64,000 nt of DNA from Mustelus asterias. Its lineage: Eukaryota. How positions within the stretch are numbered: position 1 is the stretch's first letter; each line of letters begins with the position of its first letter. The notes below the pieces were generated by a model that saw only the letters and a program-made list of their open reading frames with translations, made no database searches and had not been told where the DNA came from. Below, piece by piece: positions 1 to 12,335 of this stretch. Location of the stretch: assembly GCF_964213995.1 (NCBI RefSeq), contig NW_027590479.1, positions 186,001 to 250,000 of the forward strand, in the 5' to 3' direction. The position numbers and the translations under genes are program-made.

Positions 1-391
1 AAGGACAAATAGGGACTTCGGGATCAGAGGACGTCACACAGACATGGAGAACTGTCCGTCTGCTGTGTGTGTGGCGCTTCACGGCCAGGTTTGACGGATG
101 TTTGGGATTTTATCACCCAGGTCTGATTTTAGAGGAATACAGAGTTGATTAGCAGCAGAAGGGACGATTTAATTGACACATTCATTATGTGATGGACTTG
201 TCGGCCTAAAACGGTTCTGCAGTTTGTTTTCTCGGCCTCTCCTGGAAACAGCTGGGTGACAGTTGATCCGAGGTGAATATGGTTTCCTGTCGGTTTGTGT
301 TTGAGCGGCTGACAGCGCCGCTGCTCATTGTGGCTGCATCTGCCAGAGGTTCTATACAGCAGCGAGGAGCTCTGACTTATCTTGCTGAGAC

Positions 392-430
392 AGTTTTTGT
401 ACAGGAGTCAAACTGCTTTCCATCACTGTG
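392..430 (-). other. Recombination signal sequence, 23-bp spacer
   Basis: Heptamer CACAGTG (430-424), 23-nt spacer (423-401), nonamer ACAAAAACT (400-392). Confidence 0.95.
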
Positions 431-889
431 AGGCTGAAAGCGCAGTAATACACGGCCGCGTCAGACAACTGCAGATCCGAGATAGTCAAACTGATGGATT
501 TCTTCGAGGTTTGGAGGTTAGCCGAGAAACGGATTTTAGCAAAATCTGCTTTATATTCATTACCCCCCGAGTACTTCCACAGTATGCACTCGGGCTGGGA
601 GTCTGGATGCTGTCGGTACCAGTATAAATAATAGTAGGTTTCTGCAGTATCATAGTTGCAGTTTAATGTCACCGCGTCTCCTTCTGTCTTAACATCTGAG
701 GACAGCGGCTGAGTGACAGAATCTCCATGGGTCAGACCTGGAAAATATGTTCAGATAGATAAAGAATAGAGTGACGTGTACTCAACAGTAAGATTCAACC
801 CAAGTTTTGGAAATGAGAAAACAAACGTGATGTCCAGATATACCTGTTACAAATGCCCCCCACACAATCCAGATGCCGAGTACCCGCAT
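431..889 (-). CDS. T-cell receptor alpha/delta V gene segment (V-delta-like). Leader exon 889-844, V exon 737-431
   Basis: Leader MRVLGIWIVWGAFVT with GT donor at 843; AG acceptor at 739-738. V domain DSVTQP..LNCNY..LYWYRQ..LTISDLQLSDAAVYYCAFS, followed directly by an RSS. Confidence 0.93.
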
Positions 890-1799
890 TGTCTCTGTCC
901 GCTCTGTAAAGGAGGAATCGGATATTTGAAGACACCCATTCTAATCCCCACCCTTAATAATCTGATGACGAGTCTCAGAATGCTCACGCGTCAGTTCCGT
1001 GTCTCGCCAGTGGCTCCGTGAGATTGATAATTGCTCAGATGACTGTTAGTGAATGGAAGCTCTCCAACTTGTCCTCCATTCGATGTCCCTGTTGGGCGAA
1101 TTGTTCCGCTTTGGAAACGGGATGTCAAGAAAAAAAAACTTCATTTTGTTATTGGAACGGAGGAGCAAGGAGTGTTGATTGATTTGGTGGATTTCCAATC
1201 AATGTTCTGTGCACTTTCTCTTAGCTTTCGCATCCGAGCATTAGTGCCTGAGACTCCAGTGAGAGTCCAGAGAACGGTGGAGGCTGAGGGCCACAGAATA
1301 ATTTTAAAGCTGAGTGAAACCAATATTTTAACTAAAATTTATGCCATGGTTCAAGAAGATCAAGGCAGCAAAGTGGATTTAAACGGAAGATCAGATGAAC
1401 TGTAATCTGACTGAATGGTAGAGCAGATTTGCAGGCAGCCGAATTTTTATGTTCGAATGTTCAGATATCAGTGGATGGGCTGTGAGATACTTTGCAATCT
1501 TCGTTGTTTTACTAAAGGAACAGGGAAGTCGATCAGTGAGCTCCAGTTGCCTGTTTATTGTTCCTGAGATAATGTAAAAAGTGTACTGTGGATGTTGTAC
1601 TGAAACTTGACCATGCCTGAAATCAGCAGGGTTAGGATATCAAATTGTTATAGTGCAGCTAATTATGACATTGCCTTTTCTTCAAAGGTCCACTCAGGGA
1701 CAACAAGATGCACTTGGTAGTTGTGGCCCCATCTCATATAATATACTGGGAAGTGTCAACTTCAAGAACTTCCGTTTTTTCTTCTTAATCATTGTCAAC

Positions 1800-2180
1800 A
1801 TGGGGTCACTGGGAAAGTAATTCACGAACCCAGAATGATGCTTTGGGAAAAGTAGTTCAATCCCATCATATCAACTGGTTACATTTAAATTCGATTGACG
1901 AGAAAAGTAGTCAAAATTCTACCCCAGCAGCTGGTTAAATTTAAATGTGATTAATTGATATTGAAAGCTACTCGCAATGATCGTTCCGAACGCGATCACT
2001 GCAAATCCGCCTGGTTCACTAATGCACTTTGTGGAAGGAAATCTGCCTTCCTAGCCTGGCCTGCTCTGTGTGTGACTACAGAACAACTGTAGTCACATAA
2101 CTAACTCTCAAATAGCCCAGCCCGTTTCGAGGACAATTAGTGATCGACAAAATCTTGGACTTGTGACCGACACCCAATAA
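1800..2180 (+). mobile_element. Degenerate shark SINE (family with GGTTCACTAATG..GGAAGGAAATCTGCC core)
   Basis: Same core recurs at about 27015, 35295 and on the minus strand at about 22400-22640 and 27530-27800. Confidence 0.55.
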
Positions 2181-2463
2181 ATATTTTTCTTTAAAAAGAG
2201 TGGTCATCATTTGATTAATAGTAATACCTAAATTACAGCAGTCAGGAGAACAGCATATTCTTTACTTTTAATTGGGAAGGAAACGCTAAGTGAAAAAGTG
2301 ATATATTGACGAGCAGAGGTCCTTCTCCCGAATCAGTAACGTTGCAGTTCAGGAAATATTCTCCTGGAGTGGAAATACAGATTCACGCCCCCACAACGCT
2401 CATAGTTCCACCCGCATTTCTGATACAACCAGTGCCAAACAAGTAATTCGACAGGAGTCTCTT

Positions 2464-2755
2464 CATAGAATCCCTACAGTGCCGAAGGAGGCCATTCAGC
2501 CCATTAAGCTTGCACCGACAACAGTCACACCAAGGCCCTATCCCCGTAACCCCACGTGTTAATCTCCTAACTCCCCTAACACTAAGGGATAATTTAGCAT
2601 GACTATTCCACCTAACCTGCACATTTTTGGACTGTGGGAGGAAACGCACGCAGAGACGGGGAGAAGGTGAAAACCCCACACAGACAGTTACCCAAGGCCG
2701 GAATTGAACCCCTTTGCTATGAGGCAGGAGTGCCAGCCATTGTGCCACCGTGTCG
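2464..2755 (-). mobile_element. HE1-type V-SINE
   Basis: tRNA-like head (GTGGCACAATGG..GGTTCAATTCC), V-domain core, CR1-like TTCTATG tail. Confidence 0.85.
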
Positions 2756-2890
2756 CCTATTTACTAATACAGGATACATGAAGTGAGAGCAGAACAATGG
2801 GACTGCGTGGCTACTGCCAATAGCAGCGATATGCGAATGGTGCCACAGGTTTTGTCGCCATCATTTCAAGTTGGGAGAAATATGTGACGA

Positions 2891-2906
2891 CTGCGCCCTC
2901 TGGCGG
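2891..2906 (-). promoter_or_regulatory. CTCF-like site
   Basis: Minus strand reads CCGCCAGAGGGCGCAG, close to the CTCF core consensus. Confidence 0.6.
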
Positions 2907-3225
2907 TGACTCAGGTTAAGTGACGCTGTCCGCAAGTGCAAGGTTGTCGATGGGCCGTCTCCAGCGGGCTTTTACTGAGAGACGTGTTTTCAAACAATGC
3001 AACTCTATAAATAGACGTGAGTGAAATATGAGTAATTTGAGAGAACAATGCATTCAGGGTCATTTCTGAATCTCTTCCTTTCTGTCTTTCTCACAGCTTT
3101 TGACTTTGTATTTCGCACTCGTAATGTCTCACTTTCCTTCAATTCTCCTTTCATACTTTTCTGATTTGTTGTCCTCTGCCCGTAATCTTAAACCGAAAAC
3201 CAATTCCAGGATTTTGACGCAAGGG

Positions 3226-3577
3226 AGCGGCGTTACGTAGAGCACAGTGGTTAGCACTGCTGCTTCACAGCTCCAGGGACCTGGGTTCGATTCCCAGCTC
3301 GGGTCACTGTCTGTGTGGAGTTTGCACATTCTCCTCGTGTCTGCGTGGGTTTCCTCCGGGTGCTCCGGTTTCCTCCCACAGTCCAAAGATATGCGGGTTA
3401 GGTTGATTGGCCATGCTAAAAATTGCCCCTTAGTGTCCTGAGATGCGTAGGTTAGAGGGATTAGCGGGTAAAATTAGCAGGGAAATGGGGTTGGGCTTTG
3501 GTGCGATTGTGGTCGGTGCAGACTCGATGGGCCAACTGGCCTCTTTCTGCACTGTAGCGTTTCTATGATTCTATGAT
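3226..3577 (+). mobile_element. HE1-type V-SINE, full length
   Basis: A/B-box head, central GTGGAGTTTGCACATTCTC..GGTTTCCTCCGGGTGCTCCGG domain, (TTCTATGA)n tail. Confidence 0.9.
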
Positions 3578-4249
3578 ATGGTTCAAAATGAGGATGGTGT
3601 GCGGCTTGAAGGGGTGTTCTCATGCAGCTGTTCCTCTTATCCTTCTAGATGGAAGAGATTCCGGGTTCGCAAGGTGCTGTCGAAGCAGGCTTGGCGGATT
3701 AATATAATCACAATGTAAAGTACATGCATCAACTTCTAGTGTAGGATTGTGGTTTTGTTGGTTAACAAATAAGGAACTGGACGCCGTTATTTTTAAGCAG
3801 ATTTGTTTATTGATGAGAAACGTTGTGCAAACATTGTTGCCCAGTCTGCCCAGAGGCATTGGAATGCAATGATTTATAGAGTCCACTCTCTAGGCCTCTT
3901 GTGCCATCCACCTCCTGCTCTTCCAGTTACCATGCCCTAAGAGGGCATTGGTGACCATGAATGTCCTTATCATTCTGTGACTGTTTATTTCAAATTATTC
4001 CAGCGGATTGCCATTGACCTCTGCAGTATTGTTGACCAGGCATCTGTTCCGTTCCCATCACCTGCCATCAGGAATACTGAAAGGGTTTACACGGCACACA
4101 ACCCCAGAATAGAGGGACGACACTATAGAACCGATTTGACTTTAATGTCTCTTTCCCGGGTGACTGTTTGCGTGCCAGGCAACCATCTTATGTGTACCCA
4201 TCTGTATATGGGTACACATAAGATGGGACTTAATAGACATTAAACCCCC

Positions 4250-4832
4250 ACCCCATCAACATCCTGGGAGTTGACAGAAAACTGGACCCAGGAATATAAA
4301 TACAGTGGCTACCAGAGCTGATCAAAGGTTAGGAATCCTGCGGCGAGTAACTCACCTCCTGACTCCCCAAAGCCTGTCCACCATCTACAAGGTACAAGTC
4401 AGGAGTGAGATGGAATACCCTCTACTTGCTTGGATGAGTGTAGCTGCAACCACACTCAAGAGGCTCGACAGAATGCAGGACAAATCAGCCCGCTTGATTG
4501 CTACCCATTGCATGAACATTCATTCCTGCCACCACAGACGAACAGTGACAGCCGTGTGCACCATCTGCAGGATACACTGCAGCAACTCACCAAGGTTTTT
4601 TTAGGCAGCACAATCCAAACACACGAACACTGCCATCTAGGAGAAGAAGGGCAGCGGGGCACATGGGAACACCACAACCTCGAGGTTCCCTTCCAAGTTA
4701 TTCTACATCCCTACATGGAAATATATCGTTGTTCCTTCACGGTCACTGTGCCAAATCACTGGAACTCCCTCACTAACAGCACAGTGTGTGTACCTGCACA
4801 TCAGGGACCATAAGAAGGCAGTTCACCACCAC
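4250..4832 (+). mobile_element. LINE 3' fragment (CR1/L2 group), degenerate ORF2 C-terminus
   Basis: LGILRRVTHLLTPQSLSTIYKVQVRSEMEY; the tail AAGAAGGCAG.TCACCACCAC recurs at about 23280 and 63950. Confidence 0.75.
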
Positions 4833-5300
4833 ACAATACACCAATGTCAGCTGTGGGAATAGACTATCTTCGTGCTGCGAGGTGAGTCTCTGTGAGTCCC
4901 GGATTTATAATAATAGTCGTGTTGCTAAGTGAGTCTGTGTGGAGGTTATTGTGCATTTCATTTGTTATGAACTTCAGCAGACTTTGATCCATTCTGCATT
5001 GAGTTATCGGACGAATGCCGAGGAGTCGGTGTCCGTGGGCTCATCTGAGTTAACAATTCTGGATGAACAGCCGGTAATTTTCTGCTATATTACCCCCACT
5101 TCTGAGCGCATCCTTCAGCTGATAGCTCGATACTCCTGGTATCTGCTTACTATATAAGTCGCGGCATGGGGTTTAGTCTCGAGATTTACCAAAGTGCTTC
5201 TATGATGATTTGAACAAGGTCAAATTGTCTGGTAAATAGAATCGCCGCCTTCGTGAACACGTGATCAAAACATCTTCATGGAGTTGTAAATACGCGCTGA

Positions 5301-5339
5301 GGTTTTTGTACGGGGTTTCAGCTGTAATCTAACGCTGTG
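5301..5339 (-). other. Recombination signal sequence, 23-bp spacer
   Basis: Heptamer CACAGCG (5339-5333), 23-nt spacer, consensus nonamer ACAAAAACC (5309-5301). Confidence 0.93.
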
Positions 5340-5827
5340 CCTCACTGCACAGTAATAGACCGCTCCGTCCTCCGAACTGAGGGCGCTTATATTGAGGGAG
5401 CCGCTCTGTGTGGACTTGTCAGTAGCCGCCAGATATCGTCCTGAAACTTCATTTTCCTCCACTACTAATGCATTGGTAATAACCCATCTCGGTGGCTGTG
5501 CCGGTTTCTGCTGATACCATTGCATGTAGCTCATATCCTTGTCTGTATAGTTACAATCCAACTGCACCGAATCCCCTTCTGATGCTGTTATTGTCACCGG
5601 TGACTGAGTTACTGGATCTGCGCACAGTCCACCTGTAAAGGTAGAGGAATTAAATATCAAGAGTTCATGTAAATTTATAGTTTGTGGAACCTCCCATCTA
5701 CACCTCACATGGATATTTTTGATGGTTAATTAAATTGGCATCTTTGTGTATAAATATGTTTCCGTGGTTTGATGAACGTTATCCGGTACTTACTGTGCAA
5801 GAGCGCCGCCAGAATGATCAGAAACAT
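5340..5827 (-). CDS. T-cell receptor alpha/delta V gene segment (V-alpha-like). Leader exon 5827-5794, V exon 5632-5340
   Basis: Leader MFLIILAALLH with GTAAGT donor; TTTACAG acceptor. V domain DPVTQSP..LDCNY..QWYQQKP..LNISALSSEDGAVYYCAV. Confidence 0.92.
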
Positions 5828-5984
5828 GTCCGAGTGGATTTATTTCAGTGAATGAGAATGGAGGAGTCAGAGAGTGAGAAAGAGAGCGGGAACCCAGACT
5901 CTGCTCCGTTGATTGCAGTGTGTGAGTGAGTGTGGGTCAGTTTGTCTGTGTGGGTGTGATTGTGGGGAGGGGAAGTGGAGTCTA

Positions 5985-6130
5985 TTGTGACCTCAGCAGC
6001 CTACCATCCATACAGGCTCCAGTGATAATGTCACGTGAGATTGTAGCACCGCCCCTCCCCCCCCCCCCCCCCCCCCAGGATCCCTCCCCACTCCAAAACC
6101 GGGCTCGAGATTGGCGCCCTCTGCTGACAA
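5985..6130 (-). promoter_or_regulatory. Putative V-gene promoter elements: CRE-like TGAGGTCA, E-box CACGTG, CTCF-like CAGCAGAGGGCGCC
   Basis: Motifs at 5988-5995, about 6032-6037 and 6113-6126, 160-300 bp upstream of the leader ATG. Confidence 0.5.
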
Positions 6131-6349
6131 ATGTTGTTTAATGCAAGTTCGCATTTGGCTGTTGAATCGATTCAGGGTTTACTCCAACACATACCAAGGC
6201 ACAAATGCTGCCCAGGAATCCGAATTGGTGCTCTGTAGAAAGTCCTTGTTACGTTTCCTACTTACATCGTAGAATGATGCTAAACCTGCGGGCATCATTC
6301 CTGGAATTCTCTGTTCAAATCCCGGGTACACCGAAGTCCAGAGCATACC

Positions 6350-6690
6350 AAGACTTTGGGAAAAGTGCGGTGCTGGGGGAGATATATCCGTGTAAGTCAG
6401 AGAGACGAGGATCCAAGGGCACAGCCTCAGAGTAAAGGGACGATCCTTTAAAGTAGAGATGAGGAGGAATTTCTTCAGCCAGTGGGTGGTGAATCGATGG
6501 AATTCATTGCCACAGAAGGATGTGGAGGTCAGGTCATTGAGTAGATATGTTTTTGATTTGTAAGGGGATCAAAGTTTCCGGGAAAAGGCGGGAGAATGGG
6601 GATGAGAAACTTAGCAGCCACAATTGAATGGCGGAGCAGACTTGATGGGTCGAATGGTCTAATGCTACTCCTATATCTTATCGTCTTAAA
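6350..6690 (+). mobile_element. CR1 LINE 3' fragment
   Basis: Degenerate ORF2 end (..EMRRNFFSQ.VVN.WNSLPQ) and CR1 3' UTR. Confidence 0.8.
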
Positions 6691-6883
6691 GGCTTATGGT
6701 TATAAATCAGAATAGTGCCAGGGATCAACAGACTAATTTGGTTTATTTTGCTTACAAACAAGAAGGTACAAAGGCGACTCAGTTGATATGTTTAGAATTT
6801 TCCTCTTTTCAGAGAGTAAAATTTAACATTATAAATTTAATATATGCCGCGATTTATATAATTGTATAATTTAATATTGGAAA

Positions 6884-6960
6884 GTCACCGCTTCTCCTTC
6901 TGTCTTTACTGCTGAGGACAGTGGCTGAGTGACAGAATCTCAGTGACCCATATCTGGAAA
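6884..6960 (-). pseudogene. TCR V relic (acceptor plus FR1 only)
   Basis: Aligns with 668-745 of the first V gene (DSVTQPLSS.VKTEG.AVT). No CDR, FR3 or RSS follows. Confidence 0.8.
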
Positions 6961-7214
6961 AAGGTTGTCTTTGGAGGAGGTGGACTCATAAGAAAATATT
7001 CACGTTCATTCAGTTTGGCACTCGACATTCTTTGTGTAGTGTAGCGGGTAACATCTGTATTTTATACACGACAGCGCCCAGTTCCAAACAGTCGAGTTAG
7101 CAAAATACTAACGTGCTGCGTTTGTTCAACAATTTCAGGCTTTTGCCAAGGATTTCTGAGCTGCTTTGGATACAAGCAAACCAGTTATATTTCGGTGAAA
7201 GCGCCGGTTGCGTA

Positions 7215-7260
7215 GGCTCGTTGGTCTAGGGGCATGATTTTCGCTTTGGGCATTAGAGGT
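7215..7260 (+). pseudogene. 5' portion of a tRNA-Pro(TGG), truncated before the T-arm
   Basis: GGCTCGTTGGTCTAGGGGCATGATTTTCGCTTTGGGCATTAGAGGT matches the vertebrate tRNA-Pro 5' part; a CR1 fragment follows immediately. Confidence 0.8.
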
Positions 7261-7374
7261 TGACTGGGACAGCCATCGTATTAGACGGTTGGATGGAGCG
7301 AAATTTGTTGAGTGTATTCAGGAGGAATTTCTCATTCCCGAGGAGAGGGGGCAAAACTTTACTTCCTCTTGGGA

Positions 7375-10300
7375 AATAATGTGTTGTTTCTGCATTATGT
7401 GGGAGCTGGTGGACCCCACTGTGGTTCCCAGTGAGCATGTCTGCAGTAAGTGTTGGTTGCTTGAGGTACTCCGGCTCAGGGTTGATGAGCTGGAGTCTGA
7501 GCTTCAGACACTGCGACATATCAGGGAGGGGAAGAGTTACCTGGACGCTGTGTTTCAAGAGGCAGTCACACCCCTTAGACTAACTAATTCAGCCGGGGGT
7601 CAGGGACAAGAGGGTGTGGCTGCGAGCAAGGCAGGAAGTGGGATCCAGAAGGTAGAGTTGCAAGAGCCTCAGTCCCTGAATCTGTGCAACAAGTTTGAGA
7701 TTCTTGCTCCCAGTGTGGACGGGAACGGGGGCTGCAAGGAGGATGAGCAAACTGCCCACGGCACCGTGGTACAAGGAGCCGTTCAGGTGGAGGAAGAAAA
7801 AAGAAATGTAGTGGTAATTGGGGATAGTGTAGTTCGGGGCATTGACACTGTTCTTTGTGACCAAGATTGAGAATACCAAAGGTTGTGTTGCCTGCCTGGT
7901 GCTCGGGTCCAGGATATCTCATCTGAGCTGCAGAGGAACTTGGATTGGGAGAGTAAGAATCCAGTTGTAGTGGTCCACGTAGGTGCCAACGACATAGGCA
8001 GAACAGGAACAAAGGTTCTGCAGAGGGAGTATGAAAAGCTAGGAGCCAAATTAAAAAGCAGAACCAACAAGGTGGTAATCTCTGGATTACTACCTGAGCC
8101 ACAAGCAAATTGGCGTAGGGTCAATAAGATTAAGGAGGTAAATGTGTGGCTCAAAGATTGGTGTGGGAGGAATGGGTTTGAATTCATGGGACATTGGCAC
8201 CAGTATTGGGGAAGATGGGACCTGTTCAGATGGGATGGTCTTCGTCTGAATCATGCTGGGACCAGAGTCCTGGCGAATCGTATAACCAGGGCTGTAAATA
8301 GGGCTTTAAACTGAATAGTGAGGTGGGGAGGGGGGGGGTGTGAGGGAGGGAGGGTTCAGGGGTATGGGGAATTACAAAATCAAAGGTAAAGGAGAGGGTA
8401 CGAGTGAGGGTTAATGATGAGGACATTCACCGAGTTAAAGGAGTCAAGGGCTCAGGCAGAGTGAAAAAGGTGACAAACACAAGAAGGGAGGTGGTTAACG
8501 CACTGCAAGGAGATGGTCTGGGGAAGGATAACCAGTTTGCGACAGGTAGGGACAGAGCGTGCAATCAAAAGAATGCACTAACAAATCAGGTCCATATAAA
8601 GGCCAGCATAAAGACACTTTATCTGAATGCACGTAGCATTTGAAACAAAGTGAATGTGTTGATGGCACAAATCAGTACAAATGGGTATGATCTAGTGGCC
8701 ATTACAGAAACGTGGTTGCAGGGTGACCAGGACTGGGAACTGAATATCCAGGGGTATCAGACATTTCAGAAGGATAGACAGGAAGGAAAAGGAGGTGGGA
8801 TAGCTCTGTTAATTAAAGATAACATCAGGGCGGTAGTGAGAGACGATATAGGCTCTCAGGAGCAGAATGTGGAATCGTTGTGGGTGGAGATAAGGAATAG
8901 TAAGGGGAGTAAGTCACCGGTGGGTGTGGTCTATAGGCCCCCAAATAATAACTTTGAGGTGGGTCGGGCTACAAAAAAGCAAATAATGGATGCGTGCAAA
9001 AACGGAACAGCAATAATCATGGGGGATTTTAACCTGCATATTGATTGGTTGACTCAAGTCGGACACGGTGGACTTGAGGAAGAGTTCTTAGAATGCTGTC
9101 GGGATAGTTTCCTCGGACAGTATGTTACAGAACCTACGAGGGAGCAAGCTACCTTGGATCTGGTCCTGTGTAATGAGACAGGTAAAATTAATGATCTTCT
9201 TGTGAGGAATCCTCTTGGAATGAGTGATCACAATATGGTTGAATTTCTAATACAAATGGAGGGAGAGAAAATAGGGTCCCAAACCAGTGTCCTCTGCTTG
9301 AACAGAGGGGAGTACAATAGGATGAGGGCAGAATTGGCTAATGTAGACTGGGAGCGCAGACTAGTTGGTCGGACAGCTGAGCAACAGTGGCGGATATTTA
9401 AGGAGATTTTTCTCAGTAGTCAGCAAAAATATATTCCTGTGATAAAGGGGAAATATGAAGACATAAGGCAGCAAATTAGAGGAGTAAATTGGAAGGAGGG
9501 ATTCTCGGGGAAATCTACTGAAGAGAGGTGGCAGTTTTTCAAGGAATGTCTGTCTAGGGTTCTACAGGACAATGTTCCGAGCAGACAGGGAGGAGTTGGT
9601 AGGTTAAAGGAACCATGGTGCACGAAAGCTGTGCGGGACCAAGTCGAGAAGAAAGGAAGCGTACAAAAGGCTCAGAGAGCTTGGCGAAGATAGGGATTTA
9701 GAAGAGTATACGGCTTGTAGGAAGGGACTAAAGAAGGAAGTTTGGAGAGCCAGTAGGGGTCACGAGAAAGCCTTGGCAAGTAGAATTAAGGAAAACCCTA
9801 AGGCGTTCTATAAATATGTGAAGAGTAAAAGGATGAGACGTGAAGGAATAGGGCCTATAAAAGGTGAAGGCGGGAAAATCAGTACGGAACCAGTAGAAAT
9901 GGCAGAGGTGCTTAATGAGTATTTTGCCTCGGTTTTCACAGAGGAGAAGGACATGGATGGATGTACTGTGGGCTTGCGGTGGACTGAAAAGATTGAGTAT
10001 GTGGACTTTAATAAAGAGGTTGTGCTGGAATCTTTGAATGGCATCAAGATAGATCAGTCGCCGGGTCCGCATGAGATGTACCCCAGGTTACTGTGGGAGG
10101 TGAGGGAAGAGATTGCAGAGCCTCTGGCAATGATCTTTGCGTCGTCGATGGAGACGGGAGAGGTGCCGGAGGATTGGAGGATTGCGGATGTGGTTCCTAT
10201 TTTCAAGAAGGGGAATAGGGATAGCCCAGGAAATTACCAACCGGTGAGTCTAACCTCAGTGGTTGGTAAGCTGATGGAGAAGATCCTGAGGGACAAGATT

Positions 10301-12335
10301 TATGAGCATTTAGAGAGGTTTAGTATGCTCAAGAATACTCAGCATGGCTTTGTCACAGGCAGATCGTGCCTTACGAGCCTGGTGGAGTTCTTCGAAAATG
10401 TGACTAAACACATTGACGAAGGGAAAGCGGTAGATGTGGTTTATATGGATTTTAGCAAGGCGTTTGATAAGGTCCCCCATGCAAGGCTTCTCGAAAAAGT
10501 GAGAGGGCATGGGATCCAAGGGGCTGCTGCCCTGTGGATCCAGAACTGGCTTGCCCAAAGGAGGCAAGATGAAGGTATAGATGGGTCTTTTTCTAAATGG
10601 AGGTTGGTCACCAGTGGTGTGCCCCAGGGATCTGTTCTCGGACCCTTGCTGTTTGTCATTTTCATAAATGACCTGGATGAGGAATTGGAGGGATGGGTTG
10701 GTAAGTTTGCCGACGACACGAAGGTTGGTGGGGTTGTGGATAGTCTGGAGGGATGTCAGAAGTTACAGAGGGACATAGATAGGATGCAAGTCTGGGCGGA
10801 GAAGTGGCAGATGGACTTCAACCCAGATAAATGCGTAGTGGTCCATTTTGGCAGGTCAAATGGGATGAAGGAGTACAATATAAAGGGAAAGACTCTTAGT
10901 ACTGTAGAGGATCAGAAGGACCTTGGGGTCCGGGTCCATAGGGCTCTAAAATCGGCCCCACAAGTAGAGGAGGTGGTTAAGAAGGCGTATGGTGTGCTGA
11001 CCTTTATCAATCGAGGGATTGAGTTTCGGAGTCCGGGGATAATGATGCAGCCATATAAGACCCTCGTCAGACCCCACTTGGAGTACTGTGCTCAGTTCTG
11101 GTCGCCTCATTACAGGAAGGATGTGGAAAAGATTGAAAGGGTGCAGAGGCGATTTACAGGGATGTTGCCTGGATTGAGTGGCATGCCTTATGAGGATAGG
11201 CTGAGGGAGCTCGGTCTTTTCTCCTTGGAGAGACGTAGGATGAGGGGAGACCTAATAGAGGTATATAAGATGTTGAGGGGCATAGATCGGGTGGACTCTC
11301 AGAGGCTTTTTCCCAGGGTGGAAATGGCTGCTACGAGAGGACACAGGTTTAAGGTGCTGGGGTGTAGGTGCAGGGGAGATGTTCGGGGGAAGTTTATCAC
11401 ATGGAGGGTGGTGGGCGAATGGAATTGGCTGCCGTCAGTGGTGGTGGAGGCAAAGTCAGTAGGGTCTTTTAAGAGACTCCTGGATGAGTACATGGGACTT
11501 AATAGGATGGAGGGTTATAGGTAGGCCTAAAAGGTCGGGATATGTTCGGCACAACTTGTGGGGCCGAAGGGCCTGTTTTGTGCTGCAGTTTTCTATGTTT
11601 CTATGTTAAAGAAGGAATGTAAGAAAAGGGATAACCAGCCGTGGATAACTAAGGAAATAAAGGAGAGTATTAAATTAAAAACCGATGCGTACAGAGTGGC
11701 CAAAACTAGTGGGGGATTAGAAGGTTGGGAAAGCTTTAAAAAACAACAAAGAACGACTAAGAAAGCGAGAAAGAAAGGAAAGATAGATTATGAAACTAAA
11801 CTAGCACAAAATATAAAAACTGATAGCAAAAGTTTTTACAAATGTATAAAAAGGAAAAGAGTAGCTAAAGTAAATGTTGGACCCTTAGAAGACGAGAAGG
11901 AGGATTTAATAATGGGAAACGAGGAAATGGCCAAGGCCTTAAACAAGTTTTTTGTGTCGGTCTTCACGGTAGAGGACACAAATAGCTTACCGAAAATTGA
12001 CGGTTGTGGGACTATAGGGGGTGAGGTCCTTAAAACGATTACTATTACTAAAGAGGTAGTGCTTGGTTGGCTAATGGGACTAAAGGTAGACAAGTCCCCG
12101 GGCCCGGATGGAATGCATCCCAGGGTCCTGATAGAAATGGCAGAAGTAATAGCAGATGCGTTGGTTGTAATTTATCAAAATTCACTGGACTCTGGGGATG
12201 TGCCAGCTGATTGGAAAACAGCTAATGTGACGCCACTGTTTAAAAAAGGAGGTAGACAAAAGGCGGGTAACTACAGCCCGGTTAGCTTAACATCCGTAGT
12301 TGGGAAAATGCTGGAATCTATCATTAAACATTTCT
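7375..12335 (+). mobile_element. CR1 LINE (host copy): ORF1 about 7375-8314 (Cys-rich/leucine zipper plus SGNH esterase); ORF2 about 8600-9447 and 11612-12335; 3'-truncated and disabled
   Basis: ORF1 motifs VCSKC..LRLRVDELE, VVIGDSVVRG, HVGAND, DGL.LN. ORF2 APE endonuclease motifs LNARSI, ITETW, GDFN, LDLVL, SDH. In-frame stops at 7868 and 8641. Confidence 0.92.
9448..11606 (+). mobile_element. Nested 5'-truncated CR1 LINE with RT domain and 3' tail
   Basis: ORF 9773-11524 contains DFSKAFD, GVPQGSVLGP, FADD. Tail TTCTATGTTTCTATGT. TAAAG duplicated at 9443-9447 and 11607-11611; removing the insert restores host ..YIPVIKKECKKRDNQPW. Confidence 0.92.

Noticed and set aside
431-889. NAR-TCR supporting V-delta or IgH-like V
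   Set aside because: It has its own leader exon, no CDR1 cysteine, and TCR-type framework motifs.
3129-3441. Recurrent short ORFs such as MVSTAASQLQGPGFDSQLGSL.. and ..VAQWLALLPHS..
   Set aside because: Chance translations of V-SINE copies found throughout the window.
6313-6326. GTTCAAATCCCGGG as the missing tRNA-Pro T-arm
   Set aside because: It lies upstream of the 5' half, is too short and has no cloverleaf context.
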